A stretch of 64,000 nucleotides of DNA from a bacterium (lineage in GTDB: Bacteria > Patescibacteriota > Patescibacteriia > Magasanikbacterales > GWA2-37-8), in NCBI GenBank assembly GCA_043821725.1, contig JBDRCM010000006.1, forward strand, positions 38,287-102,286, written 5' to 3'. Positions 20,871-30,683 of this stretch are shown here, piece after piece (positions within the stretch are counted from its first letter, which is position 1; each line of letters opens with the position of its first letter). The notes below the pieces were generated by a model. It was not told where the DNA came from and made no database searches. It saw only the letters and a program-made list of their open reading frames with translations. Position numbers and translations under genes: made by a program.

Positions 20871-22145
20871 TTAAATCTTGTCGTAGGCATGCATTGTAAG
20901 CTGGGCATCTATTTGCTTTGATATTTCAATGGCAACGGCCACAACTATGAGCAAACTTGTACCCCCGATGGCCAAGCTTTGAGTTCCCAATCCTGCCTGC
21001 AACATTAAAGGAAGTATGGCTATCAATCCAAGAAAAGAAGCTCCTGTAAGATTTATTCTACTCATTGTTTTCTGCAAATATTTCTCAGTTTCCTTGCCCG
21101 GTCTTATGCCCGGAATAAATCCGCCTTGCTTCTGCAAATTTTCAGCTATTTTTTGCGGATGAAAAATTACAGCTGTGTAAAAATATGTAAATCCGAAAAC
21201 CAAAAAGAAATACATGAGTCCGTAAAACAATTGATTTTGGAAAAGTGCAACAGTGCCCATTGCAAATTTTGCAAGCCATGCGCTTTTAGCGCCAATAAAA
21301 AACTGCGCGACCATTGGTGGAAGTAGCACCAATGAAATGGCAAAGATGATCGGAATTACTCCGGCCATGTTTACGCGCATAGGCAGGTGCGAAGTAGATC
21401 CTCCAAAACTTTTGTTGCCTCTTACCTGCTTTGCATAATTAATCGGAATATTACGCTGCCCTTCGCTAATAAATACAACACCAACCACAGTAACGACTGC
21501 TATAACACCGAATAAAACAAAGGTATAAAAATCAGAACCAGTGTAATTGATTATAGCGTTTCTCATCAGGCCTGGCAGAGCCGCGATAATGCCGGCAAAG
21601 ATCAAAAGGGATATGCCATTGCCAACTTTTTTTTCAGAGATTAATTCGCCTATCCACATTAAAAATATTGTACCTGCCGTAATGGTGGTCATTATAATAA
21701 TCAAACGCCATGCATTTAAATCGGTAATAACCGGATTAGCTGAACTGTTCAAAATTTTTATCATTCCATATGATTGTATAAAAGCCAGCGGTACAGCCAA
21801 AAGTCGGGTATACATATTTATTTTCTGCTGTCCTGATTCTCCCTCTTTAGAAAGCTCTTCCAACTTTGGAACAATCATTGTAAGCAGTTGAAAAATGATT
21901 GAAGAGGTGATATACGGAGCAACACCAAGCATAACAACTGAAAAATTCTGCATTGTACCGCCGGAAAAAACATTAAGTAATCCCAAAATCTGATTACCGC
22001 TCAAAAAATCGCGCAAATTATCAATATTTACACCCGGAATCGGAATGTGCGCGACCAATCGAAAAATCACAAGCATTGAAATTACGAAAATAATCTTGTT
22101 TCTAATATCTTTAATTTTCCACGCCTGAATAATTTTATCAAACAT
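20871..22145 (-). CDS. secY: Preprotein translocase SecY
   Basis: HIPIPG, LGVAPYITSSII, GNGISLLIF, IPGIRPG, GGTSLLI. Confidence 0.98.
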   Translation of the reverse strand: MFDKIIQAWKIKDIRNKIIFVISMLVIFRLVAHIPIPGVNIDNLRDFLSGNQILGLLNVFSGGTMQNFSVVMLGVAPYITSSIIFQLLTMIVPKLEELSKEGESGQQKINMYTRLLAVPLAFIQSYGMIKILNSSANPVITDLNAWRLIIIMTTITAGTIFLMWIGELISEKKVGNGISLLIFAGIIAALPGLMRNAIINYTGSDFYTFVLFGVIAVVTVVGVVFISEGQRNIPINYAKQVRGNKSFGGSTSHLPMRVNMAGVIPIIFAISLVLLPPMVAQFFIGAKSAWLAKFAMGTVALFQNQLFYGLMYFFLVFGFTYFYTAVIFHPQKIAENLQKQGGFIPGIRPGKETEKYLQKTMSRINLTGASFLGLIAILPLMLQAGLGTQSLAIGGTSLLIVVAVAIEISKQIDAQLTMHAYDKI

Positions 22146-22160
22146 AAACGTTTATTTCAC

Positions 22161-22254
22161 CCCGCACCAGGAAGCAACAAACTTTGGCTTGTGGATGAAG
22201 GTGCAGAGCCGTTAGGCTTTCGGGGCGGAATTCCGTCCTGATGGACATCCGGAC
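22161..22254. mobile_element. 94-bp insertion at the rplO 3' end, flanked by TTCAC direct repeats
   Basis: TTCAC at 22156-22160 and 22255-22259; deleting the insert restores GAA GTG AAA TAA. Confidence 0.65.
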
Positions 22255-22691
22255 TTCACTTCTCCACCTGCAGATTTAATGGCTTCAGTAGCTTTGCCTG
22301 TGCATAAAATTTTAATAACCGTCAACTTTTTCTTGAGCTCGCCGTTGCCAAGCACTTTTGCACTTTTAGTTCCTTTTTTAATCAATTTTTTTTCAATAAG
22401 TACTTTTAAATCAACCGTATCGCCATCATTAAAATTTCTTTCAAGCACTGTAAGCGACAATTCAACCGGCTTGGTATTCAATGATTTGAAACCGCGTAAT
22501 TTAGGAGTGGATTGCAAAGTTGGCTTAAATCCTTTGAGCTTAAGGCCACTTTTTCCGCCTGAACGGCTTTTTTGTCCTTTCAATCCTCTACCTGAATAAT
22601 TACCTCTGCCTGAGGCATTACCACGCCCCTTTCTACGCTTGGATTTTTTAGCTCCTTTGGCGCATTTAATTGTATTTGGTCTTAATGGCAT
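22212..22691 (-). CDS. rplO: 50S ribosomal protein L15
   Basis: GRGNASGRG..GRG.KGQKSRSG; ATG at 22691. Confidence 0.96.
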   Translation of the reverse strand: MPLRPNTIKCAKGAKKSKRRKGRGNASGRGNYSGRGLKGQKSRSGGKSGLKLKGFKPTLQSTPKLRGFKSLNTKPVELSLTVLERNFNDGDTVDLKVLIEKKLIKKGTKSAKVLGNGELKKKLTVIKILCTGKATEAIKSAGGEVKSGCPSGRNSAPKA

Positions 22692-22701
22692 ATTGTTTAC
22701 G

Positions 22702-23268
22702 CTATTCTTTGACGTTTTTGTCAGTTTGATCAATTTTCTCAACTTGATCGTTGACTTTTTGATCGTTGACTTTTAATTTATCTTGATCAAATGAAGACAA
22801 TTTGAACGATTGAAGAGCTTGAAAAGTGGCTTTAACAATGCTGATTTTATTTTTCGTCTTTCCTAATATTTTGGCTGAAACATTAGGCACGCCTGCCAAA
22901 TCAAGCAGAGCGCGAACCGGTCCGCCTGCAATAATTCCGGTACCTTGCGGAGCAGGTTTAAGAAAAACAGTTGACGCCTTAAACTTATAATATATCGGAT
23001 GGGGAAGCGTGTTGTTAATAATCGGAACATTAATCATATTTTTCTTGGCTTGCTTTACGGCTTTTTCAACCCCTATCTGAACATCCTTGCCTTTGGCGAC
23101 GCCAAAACCAACTTTGCCCTTTCTATTTCCAAGAACAACGCAGACACGAAAACTCAAATGCTTGCCACCCTTGGTAACTCGCGTAACGCGCGCCAAGTCC
23201 AGAATGTATTGATCAAATTCCGGCTTTTCTTTCTTATAATTCATTTTTCTTCTTGTTGGTTTTCCCAT
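22702..23268 (-). CDS. rpsE: 30S ribosomal protein S5
   Basis: RVTRVTKGG, PAPQGTGIIAGG. Confidence 0.97.
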   Translation of the reverse strand: MGKPTRRKMNYKKEKPEFDQYILDLARVTRVTKGGKHLSFRVCVVLGNRKGKVGFGVAKGKDVQIGVEKAVKQAKKNMINVPIINNTLPHPIYYKFKASTVFLKPAPQGTGIIAGGPVRALLDLAGVPNVSAKILGKTKNKISIVKATFQALQSFKLSSFDQDKLKVNDQKVNDQVEKIDQTDKNVKE

Positions 23269-23293
23269 ATTTTAGTGTTGTGTGATGAAAAAA

Positions 23294-23668
23294 TTATAGC
23301 TTCAATCCTTGATCGCGCGCTCCGTCAGCCACTGCCTTGACTCTACCGTGATATTTGTAGCCGGCACGGTCAAAGACAGCTTCCTTTATATTTTTTTCAA
23401 GAGCCATTTCAGCAATTTTTTTGCCGGCCAAATAAGCTTTGGCAATCTTTCCGGAAAGCTCGCCGGCTTTTTGTTCCTTTATGGAAGCGGAATTTACAGA
23501 AGCTAAACTTACTCCGGCAACATCATCAACCAGCTGAATGTTTGTTGAGCGTAAACCTCTAAAAACCGAAATGCGGGGCCTTACAGCAGTGCCCTTTACT
23601 ATGGCGCGTACTCGCTTATGCCTTACTTGCCTAAGTGCGTTTTTGGTTTTATTGAATATTCTCTTCAT
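23294..23668 (-). CDS. rplR: 50S ribosomal protein L18
   Basis: RPRISVFR, FDRAGYKYHGRVKA. Confidence 0.97.
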   Translation of the reverse strand: MKRIFNKTKNALRQVRHKRVRAIVKGTAVRPRISVFRGLRSTNIQLVDDVAGVSLASVNSASIKEQKAGELSGKIAKAYLAGKKIAEMALEKNIKEAVFDRAGYKYHGRVKAVADGARDQGLKL

Positions 23669-23682
23669 AATTATTCTTCATT

Positions 23683-24228
23683 TTACTCTCCTTTTGAAGC
23701 GGTTTTTCCCGCCTTGCGCCTTATTTGCTCGTCAATATATTTAATCCCCTTGCCTTTGTATGGCTCTGGCTTTCTTATTTTTCTTATATTAGCGGCAACC
23801 TCTCCGACTAACTGTTTGTCAATGCCTTCAATGGTGATTTGATTTTTTTCCACTGAATACTGAATACGATCATTTGCTTTAACTTCAACCGGATGCGAAT
23901 AGCCGACCTCCAATATTAAATCATTACCTTTCATTGCGGCTTTATATCCAACGCCGTTAATTTCAAGCTGTTTTTTAAATCCTTCGCTCACTCCTTTAAT
24001 CATATTACCAAGTATGCTGGAATAAGTGCCCCACAAAGATTTCTGCTGTTTGTCACTTTCATCAGCAATCTTGACTGTTGCGCCTTCCTGCTCAACAATA
24101 ATGGAAACATCGGGATGTATGGCTTGTTTTAATTCACCTTTTGGGCCTTTAACGATAATCAAGCCGTCCTGAACTGCAACAGTTACGCCGTTTGGAATTT
24201 CTCTTATTATTTTTCCTATTCTGGACAT
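23683..24228 (-). CDS. rplF: 50S ribosomal protein L6
   Basis: MSRIGK, PEPYKGKGI. Confidence 0.97.
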   Translation of the reverse strand: MSRIGKIIREIPNGVTVAVQDGLIIVKGPKGELKQAIHPDVSIIVEQEGATVKIADESDKQQKSLWGTYSSILGNMIKGVSEGFKKQLEINGVGYKAAMKGNDLILEVGYSHPVEVKANDRIQYSVEKNQITIEGIDKQLVGEVAANIRKIRKPEPYKGKGIKYIDEQIRRKAGKTASKGE

Positions 24229-24229
24229 A

Positions 24230-24622
24230 TTAATAGATTTCACAAATAATTTCGCCACCCATTTTCATCTTCCTGGCCTCTTGATTGGTCATAAGTCCTT
24301 TAGGCGTTGATATAATTGATATTCCAATTCCGCTCAGTACTTGCTTGATCTCGTCATTTTTAACATAAACACGCCTGCCCGGTTTGCTTATTCTCTTGAT
24401 ATGAGAAACTGCCGGCTCCTTATTGTTATATTTTAGAGTAACCAATAAATATGGGTGTGTTGCATCATTTTTCTTTTCCACATTTTTAAGATAACCATTG
24501 CCGACCAATATATCTGCGATAGATTTTTTAATTTTGGAAAAAGGTATGCAAACTTCGCGCTTGTTTATCATGGAAGCATTTCTGACTCTTGTTAGCATGT
24601 CCGCGATTGGGTCGGTCATCAT
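24230..24622 (-). CDS. rpsH: 30S ribosomal protein S8
   Basis: DPIADMLTR, SKPGRRVY, GGEII. Confidence 0.97.
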   Translation of the reverse strand: MMTDPIADMLTRVRNASMINKREVCIPFSKIKKSIADILVGNGYLKNVEKKNDATHPYLLVTLKYNNKEPAVSHIKRISKPGRRVYVKNDEIKQVLSGIGISIISTPKGLMTNQEARKMKMGGEIICEIY

Positions 24623-24659
24623 ATTTTATTTTCTTTTTTTATATTTAATTATTTGATAT

Positions 24660-24848
24660 TTACCAGCTTGATTTTCTTATGCCGGGCAATCTGCCTTCAT
24701 TCGCCATTTCCCTAAAACAGATGCGGCAAATGCCGAACTTTCTAATAAAAGCTCTGGCACGGCCACACTTCCAACACCGTCTCACGATTCTGGTTGAATA
24801 TTTTGGTTTTTTATCAATTGACTTAGAAATTTTCGCTTTAGTAGCCAT
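24660..24848 (-). CDS. rpsZ: 30S ribosomal protein S14, zinc type
   Basis: [26 protein letters not shown]; ATG at 24848. Confidence 0.95.
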   Translation of the reverse strand: MATKAKISKSIDKKPKYSTRIVRRCWKCGRARAFIRKFGICRICFREMANEGRLPGIRKSSW

Positions 24849-24858
24849 AAAATATTTT

Positions 24859-25401
24859 CTATTTTTTAAACGGAAAACCGAGCATTGCCAGCAATTTTCT
24901 TCCTTCATCAGCATTAGATGCTGTCGTGCATATAGCAACTTCAAGCCCGTGTATTTTGTCAACTTCATCAGCTCTTATTTCCGGAAAAGACAGATGTTCT
25001 TTCATTCCCAAAGTATAGTTGCCGACCTTGTCAAAACTGTTTGGTGAAATTCCGCGAAAATCTCTTACTCGCGGTAAAGTCAAACATAAAAATTTTTCTA
25101 GAAAATCATACATCCTTTTGCCCCTTAATGTAACCATCACTCCAATTTCCATTCCTTGCCTTACTTTAAAATTTGATATGGCTTTTTTGGCTTTAGTGCG
25201 AATTGGCTTCTGGCCTGTGATTTTTGTTAATGTACTTTCAACATTTTCAATATATCCGGATTCCTTTAAAAATCTGCCTACTCCAACATTTAGTACTACT
25301 TTATTTATTTTAGGCACTTGCATAATGTTGGACAGCTTTAATTCGGCCTTTAGCTTAGGAACGATTACTTTTTTGTATTGTTTATACAAATTATTTTCCA
25401 T
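24859..25401 (-). CDS. rplE: 50S ribosomal protein L5
   Basis: [20 protein letters not shown]. Confidence 0.97.
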   Translation of the reverse strand: MENNLYKQYKKVIVPKLKAELKLSNIMQVPKINKVVLNVGVGRFLKESGYIENVESTLTKITGQKPIRTKAKKAISNFKVRQGMEIGVMVTLRGKRMYDFLEKFLCLTLPRVRDFRGISPNSFDKVGNYTLGMKEHLSFPEIRADEVDKIHGLEVAICTTASNADEGRKLLAMLGFPFKK

Positions 25402-25409
25402 AATATATA

Positions 25410-25718
25410 TTATTCAACTGTTTCTTTGCACTTTCTACAAATTCTTTGCTTTTTATTTCCTTCCACCAAATAACCGACTCTGGTTCTTTTCTCGCATTTT
25501 GGACATAAAAGAGCAACCTTGGAGACTGTTAAAGGAGCTGAAATCTCAATTATCTGGCCCTTGTCTCCGCGCTTGCTGGGCTTCATGTGTTTTTTAATTA
25601 TATTGAGCCCTTCTACCACAACCTTGTTCTCTTTTGGAAAACATTGAATAACCTTTCCATTTTTTGCAAGGTCTTTCCCCTTAATTATGACTACTTTGTC
25701 TCCTGTCTTTATTTTCAT
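25410..25718 (-). CDS. rplX: 50S ribosomal protein L24
   Basis: IKTGDKV.II.GKD KOW motif. Confidence 0.96.
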   Translation of the reverse strand: MKIKTGDKVVIIKGKDLAKNGKVIQCFPKENKVVVEGLNIIKKHMKPSKRGDKGQIIEISAPLTVSKVALLCPKCEKRTRVGYLVEGNKKQRICRKCKETVE

Positions 25719-25732
25719 ATTTATCTGATTGA

Positions 25733-26104
25733 TTACAGCACTTCAGGTGAGAGTGATATTATCTTCTTGTATCCTCTAAATCGCAATTCTCTTGCCACAG
25801 GCCCGAATATGCGAGTACCTTTTGGCTCTTTTGTCTTGCGATCAATAACAACGGCCGCGTTTTCATCAAATCTTATATAAATACCATTACTGCGCCTTAT
25901 TTCTTTTCTCTGGCGAACTATAACAGCATGTATAACTTCGCCTTTTTTTACCATTCCTCTTGGAACGGCTTCCTTTACTGTGCAGGTGATTACATCTCCA
26001 ATTCTGGCGTATCTCTTTTTATATCCACCCAAAACTCGGATGCACATTAGTTTCTTGGCTCCGCTGTTATCTGCAACTTTTAACATTGAACGGTGTTGAA
26101 TCAT
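25733..26104 (-). CDS. rplN: 50S ribosomal protein L14
   Basis: [20 protein letters not shown]. Confidence 0.98.
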   Translation of the reverse strand: MIQHRSMLKVADNSGAKKLMCIRVLGGYKKRYARIGDVITCTVKEAVPRGMVKKGEVIHAVIVRQRKEIRRSNGIYIRFDENAAVVIDRKTKEPKGTRIFGPVARELRFRGYKKIISLSPEVL

Positions 26105-26105
26105 A

Positions 26106-26366
26106 TTATTTTATGACTTGTAACAATCTCCATCTTACTGTCTTTGATAAAGGTCGGCAACCCATGAACGTTACTTTATCACCGGCTTTTGCCATTCCTT
26201 TTTCATCCCGCACGTGATATTTCTTTGTGCTTTTATAATATTTCTTGTATTTGCGATGCAATTTTCGGGATTCAACAACCACATTGATTGTCTTGTCCAT
26301 TGAATTTGAAAACACAACGCCGGTAAAAATCTTTAAATTTGCTTTTTTTTGCTTTTTAATTTCCAT
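26106..26366 (-). CDS. rpsQ: 30S ribosomal protein S17
   Basis: GVV.SNSMDKT, RPLSKT. Confidence 0.95.
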   Translation of the reverse strand: MEIKKQKKANLKIFTGVVFSNSMDKTINVVVESRKLHRKYKKYYKSTKKYHVRDEKGMAKAGDKVTFMGCRPLSKTVRWRLLQVIK

Positions 26367-26376
26367 AATAATCAAA

Positions 26377-26586
26377 TTATTTTTCATCTTTTGCTTTTTC
26401 GAAAATTCTGGCGGCCAGTAATGAACGGAGTCTGCTTATTGTTTTCTTTGCTTCATTAACCTTATGAACCTGCTTGAGCTGTTTTGAGCTGGCCTGAAAA
26501 TTAAGATTGTGCAAAATAGACCGTTGCTCTGCCAGCAGTTCTTTAATTTCATCCGTATTTTTATTTTTTAAATCATCCCATTTCAT
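26377..26586 (-). CDS. rpmC: 50S ribosomal protein L29
   Basis: Position between rplP and rpsQ; L.F..S..QL...H...KK.I.R. Confidence 0.92.
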   Translation of the reverse strand: MKWDDLKNKNTDEIKELLAEQRSILHNLNFQASSKQLKQVHKVNEAKKTISRLRSLLAARIFEKAKDEK

Positions 26587-26588
26587 AA

Positions 26589-26999
26589 CTATTTTTTTAC
26601 AAACTTTGTTCTTATACCTAATTTATATCCTGCCAAATCCATAGCTTCTTTAGCTTTGACTTCTGTTATGCCGTCCATCTCAAACAGCACGGTGCCGGGC
26701 TTTACTATTGCAACATAATGATCTGGAGCTCCTTTTCCTTTACCCATTGGCATTTCATTTCCTTTTTTCGTTATGGGCTTGTCAGGAAAAATTCTTATCC
26801 AAATTTTTCCTCCCTTTCTTACGTAGCGTGTTAAAACTCTTCTGGTTGCTTCAATTTGCCGGCTTGTAATCCATCCATGGCTCAATCCTTTCATTCCAAA
26901 ACTGCCAAAATCAACTGAATTGATCCGAGTGGCCACGCCTTTGTTCCTGCGCCTGCCTTTATGCCATTTTCTATGTAATACTTTTTTGGGAATCAACAT
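26589..26999 (-). CDS. rplP: 50S ribosomal protein L16
   Basis: [23 protein letters not shown]. Confidence 0.97.
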   Translation of the reverse strand: MLIPKKVLHRKWHKGRRRNKGVATRINSVDFGSFGMKGLSHGWITSRQIEATRRVLTRYVRKGGKIWIRIFPDKPITKKGNEMPMGKGKGAPDHYVAIVKPGTVLFEMDGITEVKAKEAMDLAGYKLGIRTKFVKK

Positions 27000-27005
27000 A
27001 CTTGG

Positions 27006-27689
27006 TTATTTTTTTTCTTTTTCATCCTTGGAAGCGCTGAATTTATCATGTTTGCCAAATGACTCTCCCTTGTATATCCACACTTTTACTCCAATTACGC
27101 CATAAATCGTATGGGCTGTAACAAAAGCATAATCAATATCACTTCTCATTGTAATTAACGACATTTTTCCGGCGCTTATTTTTTCGGTTCTGGCAATTTC
27201 AACTCCATTTAATCTTCCGGCCATGCAAACCTTGACACCAAGCGCGCCCACACTCATAACTTTTTCTATGGCCTGCTTCATTACTCGCCTGAATGGAAAA
27301 CGCCTTTCAATTTCAGTTGCCATGGTTTGAGCCATTATAGCGGCGCTAAGAGCGGGCTGTCTGACTTCTTGAACGTTAATCTGCACTTTCAATTTGAACT
27401 GTAAAATATTCCTTTCAATGTATTTTTTAATAACGTCCAATTCTTTACCTCCACGTCCAATAATCACGCCCGGACGTCCGGCAAGAATAATTACCTTCAT
27501 TTCTTTGGCATTCCTTTCAATTCCAATAGCGTCAATAGCCGCATCTTTCAACTTCTTATTAAGGTATTCCCTAACTAACGTCTCTTGTTGAAGCATTACC
27601 GGCATGCAGTTCTTCTTGGCGAACCATTTAGAATCCCAGGTATACAATGTAGGTATCCTATATATTGTGGGGTGTACTTTATGACCCAT
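27006..27689 (-). CDS. rpsC: 30S ribosomal protein S3
   Basis: MGHKVHP, RPGVIIGRGG, GRLNG.EIAR.E. Confidence 0.97.
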   Translation of the reverse strand: MGHKVHPTIYRIPTLYTWDSKWFAKKNCMPVMLQQETLVREYLNKKLKDAAIDAIGIERNAKEMKVIILAGRPGVIIGRGGKELDVIKKYIERNILQFKLKVQINVQEVRQPALSAAIMAQTMATEIERRFPFRRVMKQAIEKVMSVGALGVKVCMAGRLNGVEIARTEKISAGKMSLITMRSDIDYAFVTAHTIYGVIGVKVWIYKGESFGKHDKFSASKDEKEKK

Positions 27690-27718
27690 AGATTGGTGGT
27701 TTGTTTTTTGTTTTTATA

Positions 27719-28225
27719 TTATTCTTTTTTCTTTGCCTCGTTGGTATCTTCTTTTAATTTTACGCCGTCTTTTTTGTCTTGCTTTTTCTCTTTTGATTTC
27801 ATTTCAGTTTTTTTCTCTTTTTTTTCATGTTTTAGCTCACTTACTTTTGATTCACCAGCTTTCAATTTTTCACTTTCCAGTTTCAAATCCTTAATTGAAG
27901 TCAAAATAATTGTAATGTGAGACGTCCTCTTCATGATTGAAGCTGCTCGACCGCGAGCTCTTGGCCTCCATCTTTTCAAGGTAGGGCCTTCATTTACTGT
28001 AATTGAAGAGATCTTAAGGTCAGCTTCGTCAAGTTGAAAATTATTTTTTGCATTCGCCACTGCTGATCTCAGTAATTCGGCAATTGGTTTTGTAGCTTTT
28101 TTTGGGAGCAAAGTCAAAATCTCCTGTGCTTTAATAGCTTTTTTTTCTCGTATTAAATTAGCCACCAATCTTGTCTTGCGCGGGCTAATTCTTAAATATC
28201 TTAGTTTTGCTTTAACTTCAATCAT
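27719..28225 (-). CDS. rplV: 50S ribosomal protein L22 with Lys/Glu-rich tail
   Basis: SPRK.RLVA..IR, RPRARGRA, TSHITI. Confidence 0.97.
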   Translation of the reverse strand: MIEVKAKLRYLRISPRKTRLVANLIREKKAIKAQEILTLLPKKATKPIAELLRSAVANAKNNFQLDEADLKISSITVNEGPTLKRWRPRARGRAASIMKRTSHITIILTSIKDLKLESEKLKAGESKVSELKHEKKEKKTEMKSKEKKQDKKDGVKLKEDTNEAKKKE

Positions 28226-28286
28226 ATTTTATATATCTTTGTCCTTGGCAATAGCGCTGACATCACGCCGGCTAAATCAATTTTTT

Positions 28287-28577
28287 CTATTTTTTATCTT
28301 TTTTCTCATCTTTTGCTTTTTTTCCGCCATGACCTACAAACTTTCTGGTTGGCGAAAACTCTCCAAGCTTATGTCCTACCATATTTTCATCAACCAAAAC
28401 AGAAATAAAATTCTTTCCATTGTGAACCAAAAAAGTCATTGAGATCATTAACGGCGTTATTGTGCTGGATCTGGCCCATGTCTTAATTGGCTTATTGTCA
28501 TTCAAATCTTTGGCTTTTTTCACCTTTATCATCAATTTTTCATCAGTAAAAGGGCCTTTTTTTAAACTTCTGCTCAT
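28287..28577 (-). CDS. rpsS: 30S ribosomal protein S19
   Basis: [21 protein letters not shown]. Confidence 0.98.
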   Translation of the reverse strand: MSRSLKKGPFTDEKLMIKVKKAKDLNDNKPIKTWARSSTITPLMISMTFLVHNGKNFISVLVDENMVGHKLGEFSPTRKFVGHGGKKAKDEKKDKK

Positions 28578-28586
28578 AATTTTATA

Positions 28587-29438
28587 TTATTTTTTTCTTC
28601 TTGATTTTCGCCTGCTTTTAACAATAAACTTAGTGCTGAATTTGCCTTTTTTCCTAGTACGCACTCCCATTGCCGTCTTGCCATAAACTGTCTGTGGACC
28701 TCTCTTCTGTCCGATCGGGCTGTGTCCTTCGCCTCCGCCATGCGGATGATCATTTGGGTTCATGTTCTTTCCTTTAACAGTTGGTCTTACGCCAAGGTGT
28801 CTTTTTCTACCGGCTTTGCCCCAACGAATCAATCGATAATCTTCATTCCCAACTTCACCTATTGTAGCAGCGCACTTTTTTGAAACTTTTCTAATTTCAG
28901 CTGATGGTAGCTTTATTATGGCATAATCTTCCTCAATTGTCATGAGCTGTGCGGAATTGCCGGCTCCTCGCACCATCTGGCCACCCTTGCCCGGTGTAAT
29001 TTCAATATTGTAGACGAACATGCCAATAGGTATGTAATCCAATGGCATTCTATTTCCAATCTTTGCTTCAATTAATTTGTCTGATGACATTACTTTATCG
29101 CCCACATTCATTCCTTTAGGGCATAAAATATATGACATTCTCTTGTCTTCATATTCCAAAAGCGCAATTCTTGGCGCTCTGTTCGGATCATATTCTATGG
29201 CTTTTACTTCAGCTTCCTTATTATAAAAACTTCTTTTAAAATCAACCATTCTATAATTTCTTTTAGCGCCTCCGCCTTTGTGTCTTACTGTAATTTTTCC
29301 TTGATTGTTGCGGCCTGCCTTTTTTTTCAACGGTTTTATTAAACTTTTTGTGGGTTCTTTTTTTGTAATGTCACTAAAAACCTGGACGCTTGATTGGCGT
29401 CTGCCCGGTGTTGTTGGTTTGTAACGTTTAATTGGCAT
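28587..29438 (-). CDS. rplB: 50S ribosomal protein L2
   Basis: GRNNQG.IT, EYDPNR, MNP.DHPHGGGEG. Confidence 0.98.
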   Translation of the reverse strand: MPIKRYKPTTPGRRQSSVQVFSDITKKEPTKSLIKPLKKKAGRNNQGKITVRHKGGGAKRNYRMVDFKRSFYNKEAEVKAIEYDPNRAPRIALLEYEDKRMSYILCPKGMNVGDKVMSSDKLIEAKIGNRMPLDYIPIGMFVYNIEITPGKGGQMVRGAGNSAQLMTIEEDYAIIKLPSAEIRKVSKKCAATIGEVGNEDYRLIRWGKAGRKRHLGVRPTVKGKNMNPNDHPHGGGEGHSPIGQKRGPQTVYGKTAMGVRTRKKGKFSTKFIVKSRRKSRRKK

Positions 29439-29447
29439 AATTATTTC

Positions 29448-30014
29448 TTATACTCCCTTGTGCACGTCAATACTCTTTCCCTTTTGCAAAGTAACCACTG
29501 CTTTTTTATAATCCTGTCTGCGGCCACGCGTTCTACGAAAAGTTGTCTTTCGTCCGTCAATATTCATTATGGTTATTCCTGTAGGCCTGATTCCGTATAT
29601 TTCCTCCATTGCTTTTTTAATGTTATTCTTTGTGCTCCACTTTGCCACTAAAAAAGTATACTTTCCAAAACTTTCAGCCACAGCCGCTTTTTCAGTGACT
29701 AACGGGCTTAAAATAACTTTATCTGAAATACTATACAAAGGCAGTTTTTTAAGCTTTTTAACTTCAGTTACTTTTTCTTTTTTAGCTTCTTTGGTTTTGC
29801 GCTCGGGTTGCTTTTTCTCGGATTGCTTTTTTACGCCATCCTTTTCAGATATGTCTATACCAGTGCTTTTTTTAGCAATAGCTTTTTCAGCTGAAAAAGA
29901 TGGCAAATGTTCCGGCTCCTTTTTCTGAGTTGCTATAATCTCAACAGCTTCTTCAGCTGTTTCCTTGATTCCCTTTTTGTTTTTTTTGTTTAATATCTTG
30001 TTAAAAAATCTCAT
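29448..30014 (-). CDS. rplW: 50S ribosomal protein L23 with about 95-aa N-terminal extension
   Basis: PLVTEKA, YKKAVVTL in C-terminal half. Confidence 0.93.
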   Translation of the reverse strand: MRFFNKILNKKNKKGIKETAEEAVEIIATQKKEPEHLPSFSAEKAIAKKSTGIDISEKDGVKKQSEKKQPERKTKEAKKEKVTEVKKLKKLPLYSISDKVILSPLVTEKAAVAESFGKYTFLVAKWSTKNNIKKAMEEIYGIRPTGITIMNIDGRKTTFRRTRGRRQDYKKAVVTLQKGKSIDVHKGV

Positions 30015-30023
30015 ATGGGACGC

Positions 30024-30683
30024 CTATTTTGTATCAACCTTTTTTGTATCAACCTTTCCATTTAACATTTTTTCAAGCTTGCTAATTGCCTGCTTGCTTA
30101 ACATTAGCTGTGCTTTATTCAAAACAGCGAGAACGTTTGCATCATTAGCGCGCATAACCTCAATTTTTGGAATGTTTCGCGCCATTTTAAGCACTGCTTC
30201 ATCTTTTTTATCAGTTAGTATCAAAAATGACTTTTTTTCACACGGCAAATTCTTAATCAATTCACACAAAAATTTTGTTTTTGGCTGTTCAAAATCATAA
30301 TTTTCAATAATCCACAAATTTTTATTGTTTGCACGGTCGCTAAGACACATCTTTAAAGCTAAACGGCGTGTCTTTTTATTTATCTTCTGCTTGTAATTCT
30401 CAATGTTTCTTGGTCCAAAAGTAGCTCCGCCACCGCGCCACAAAGGCGAGCGTATTGAGCCATGTCGCGCTCTTCCAGTTCCTTTTTGAGCCCATGGTTT
30501 GCGTCCGCCTCCTCTTACTTCTCCCTTGTTTTTAACATGAGCATTAGACTCGCGCGCATTTGCACTTTGAGCCACAAAAACCTGGTGGACAACTTCCTTT
30601 TTTGGTTCAATCGAAAAAATCAAGTTATCCAACTCCATGTCTCCGCTTTCTTGTCCTTTTATATTGTAAACCTTGATCTTCAT
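30024..30683 (-). CDS. rplD: 50S ribosomal protein L4
   Basis: EVRGGGRKPWAQKGTGRARHGS. Confidence 0.97.
   Translation of the reverse strand: MKIKVYNIKGQESGDMELDNLIFSIEPKKEVVHQVFVAQSANARESNAHVKNKGEVRGGGRKPWAQKGTGRARHGSIRSPLWRGGGATFGPRNIENYKQKINKKTRRLALKMCLSDRANNKNLWIIENYDFEQPKTKFLCELIKNLPCEKKSFLILTDKKDEAVLKMARNIPKIEVMRANDANVLAVLNKAQLMLSKQAISKLEKMLNGKVDTKKVDTK

Noticed and set aside
22692-22701. Missing rpmD (L30) as a novelty
   Set aside because: Established CPR-wide loss; used only as a taxonomic clue
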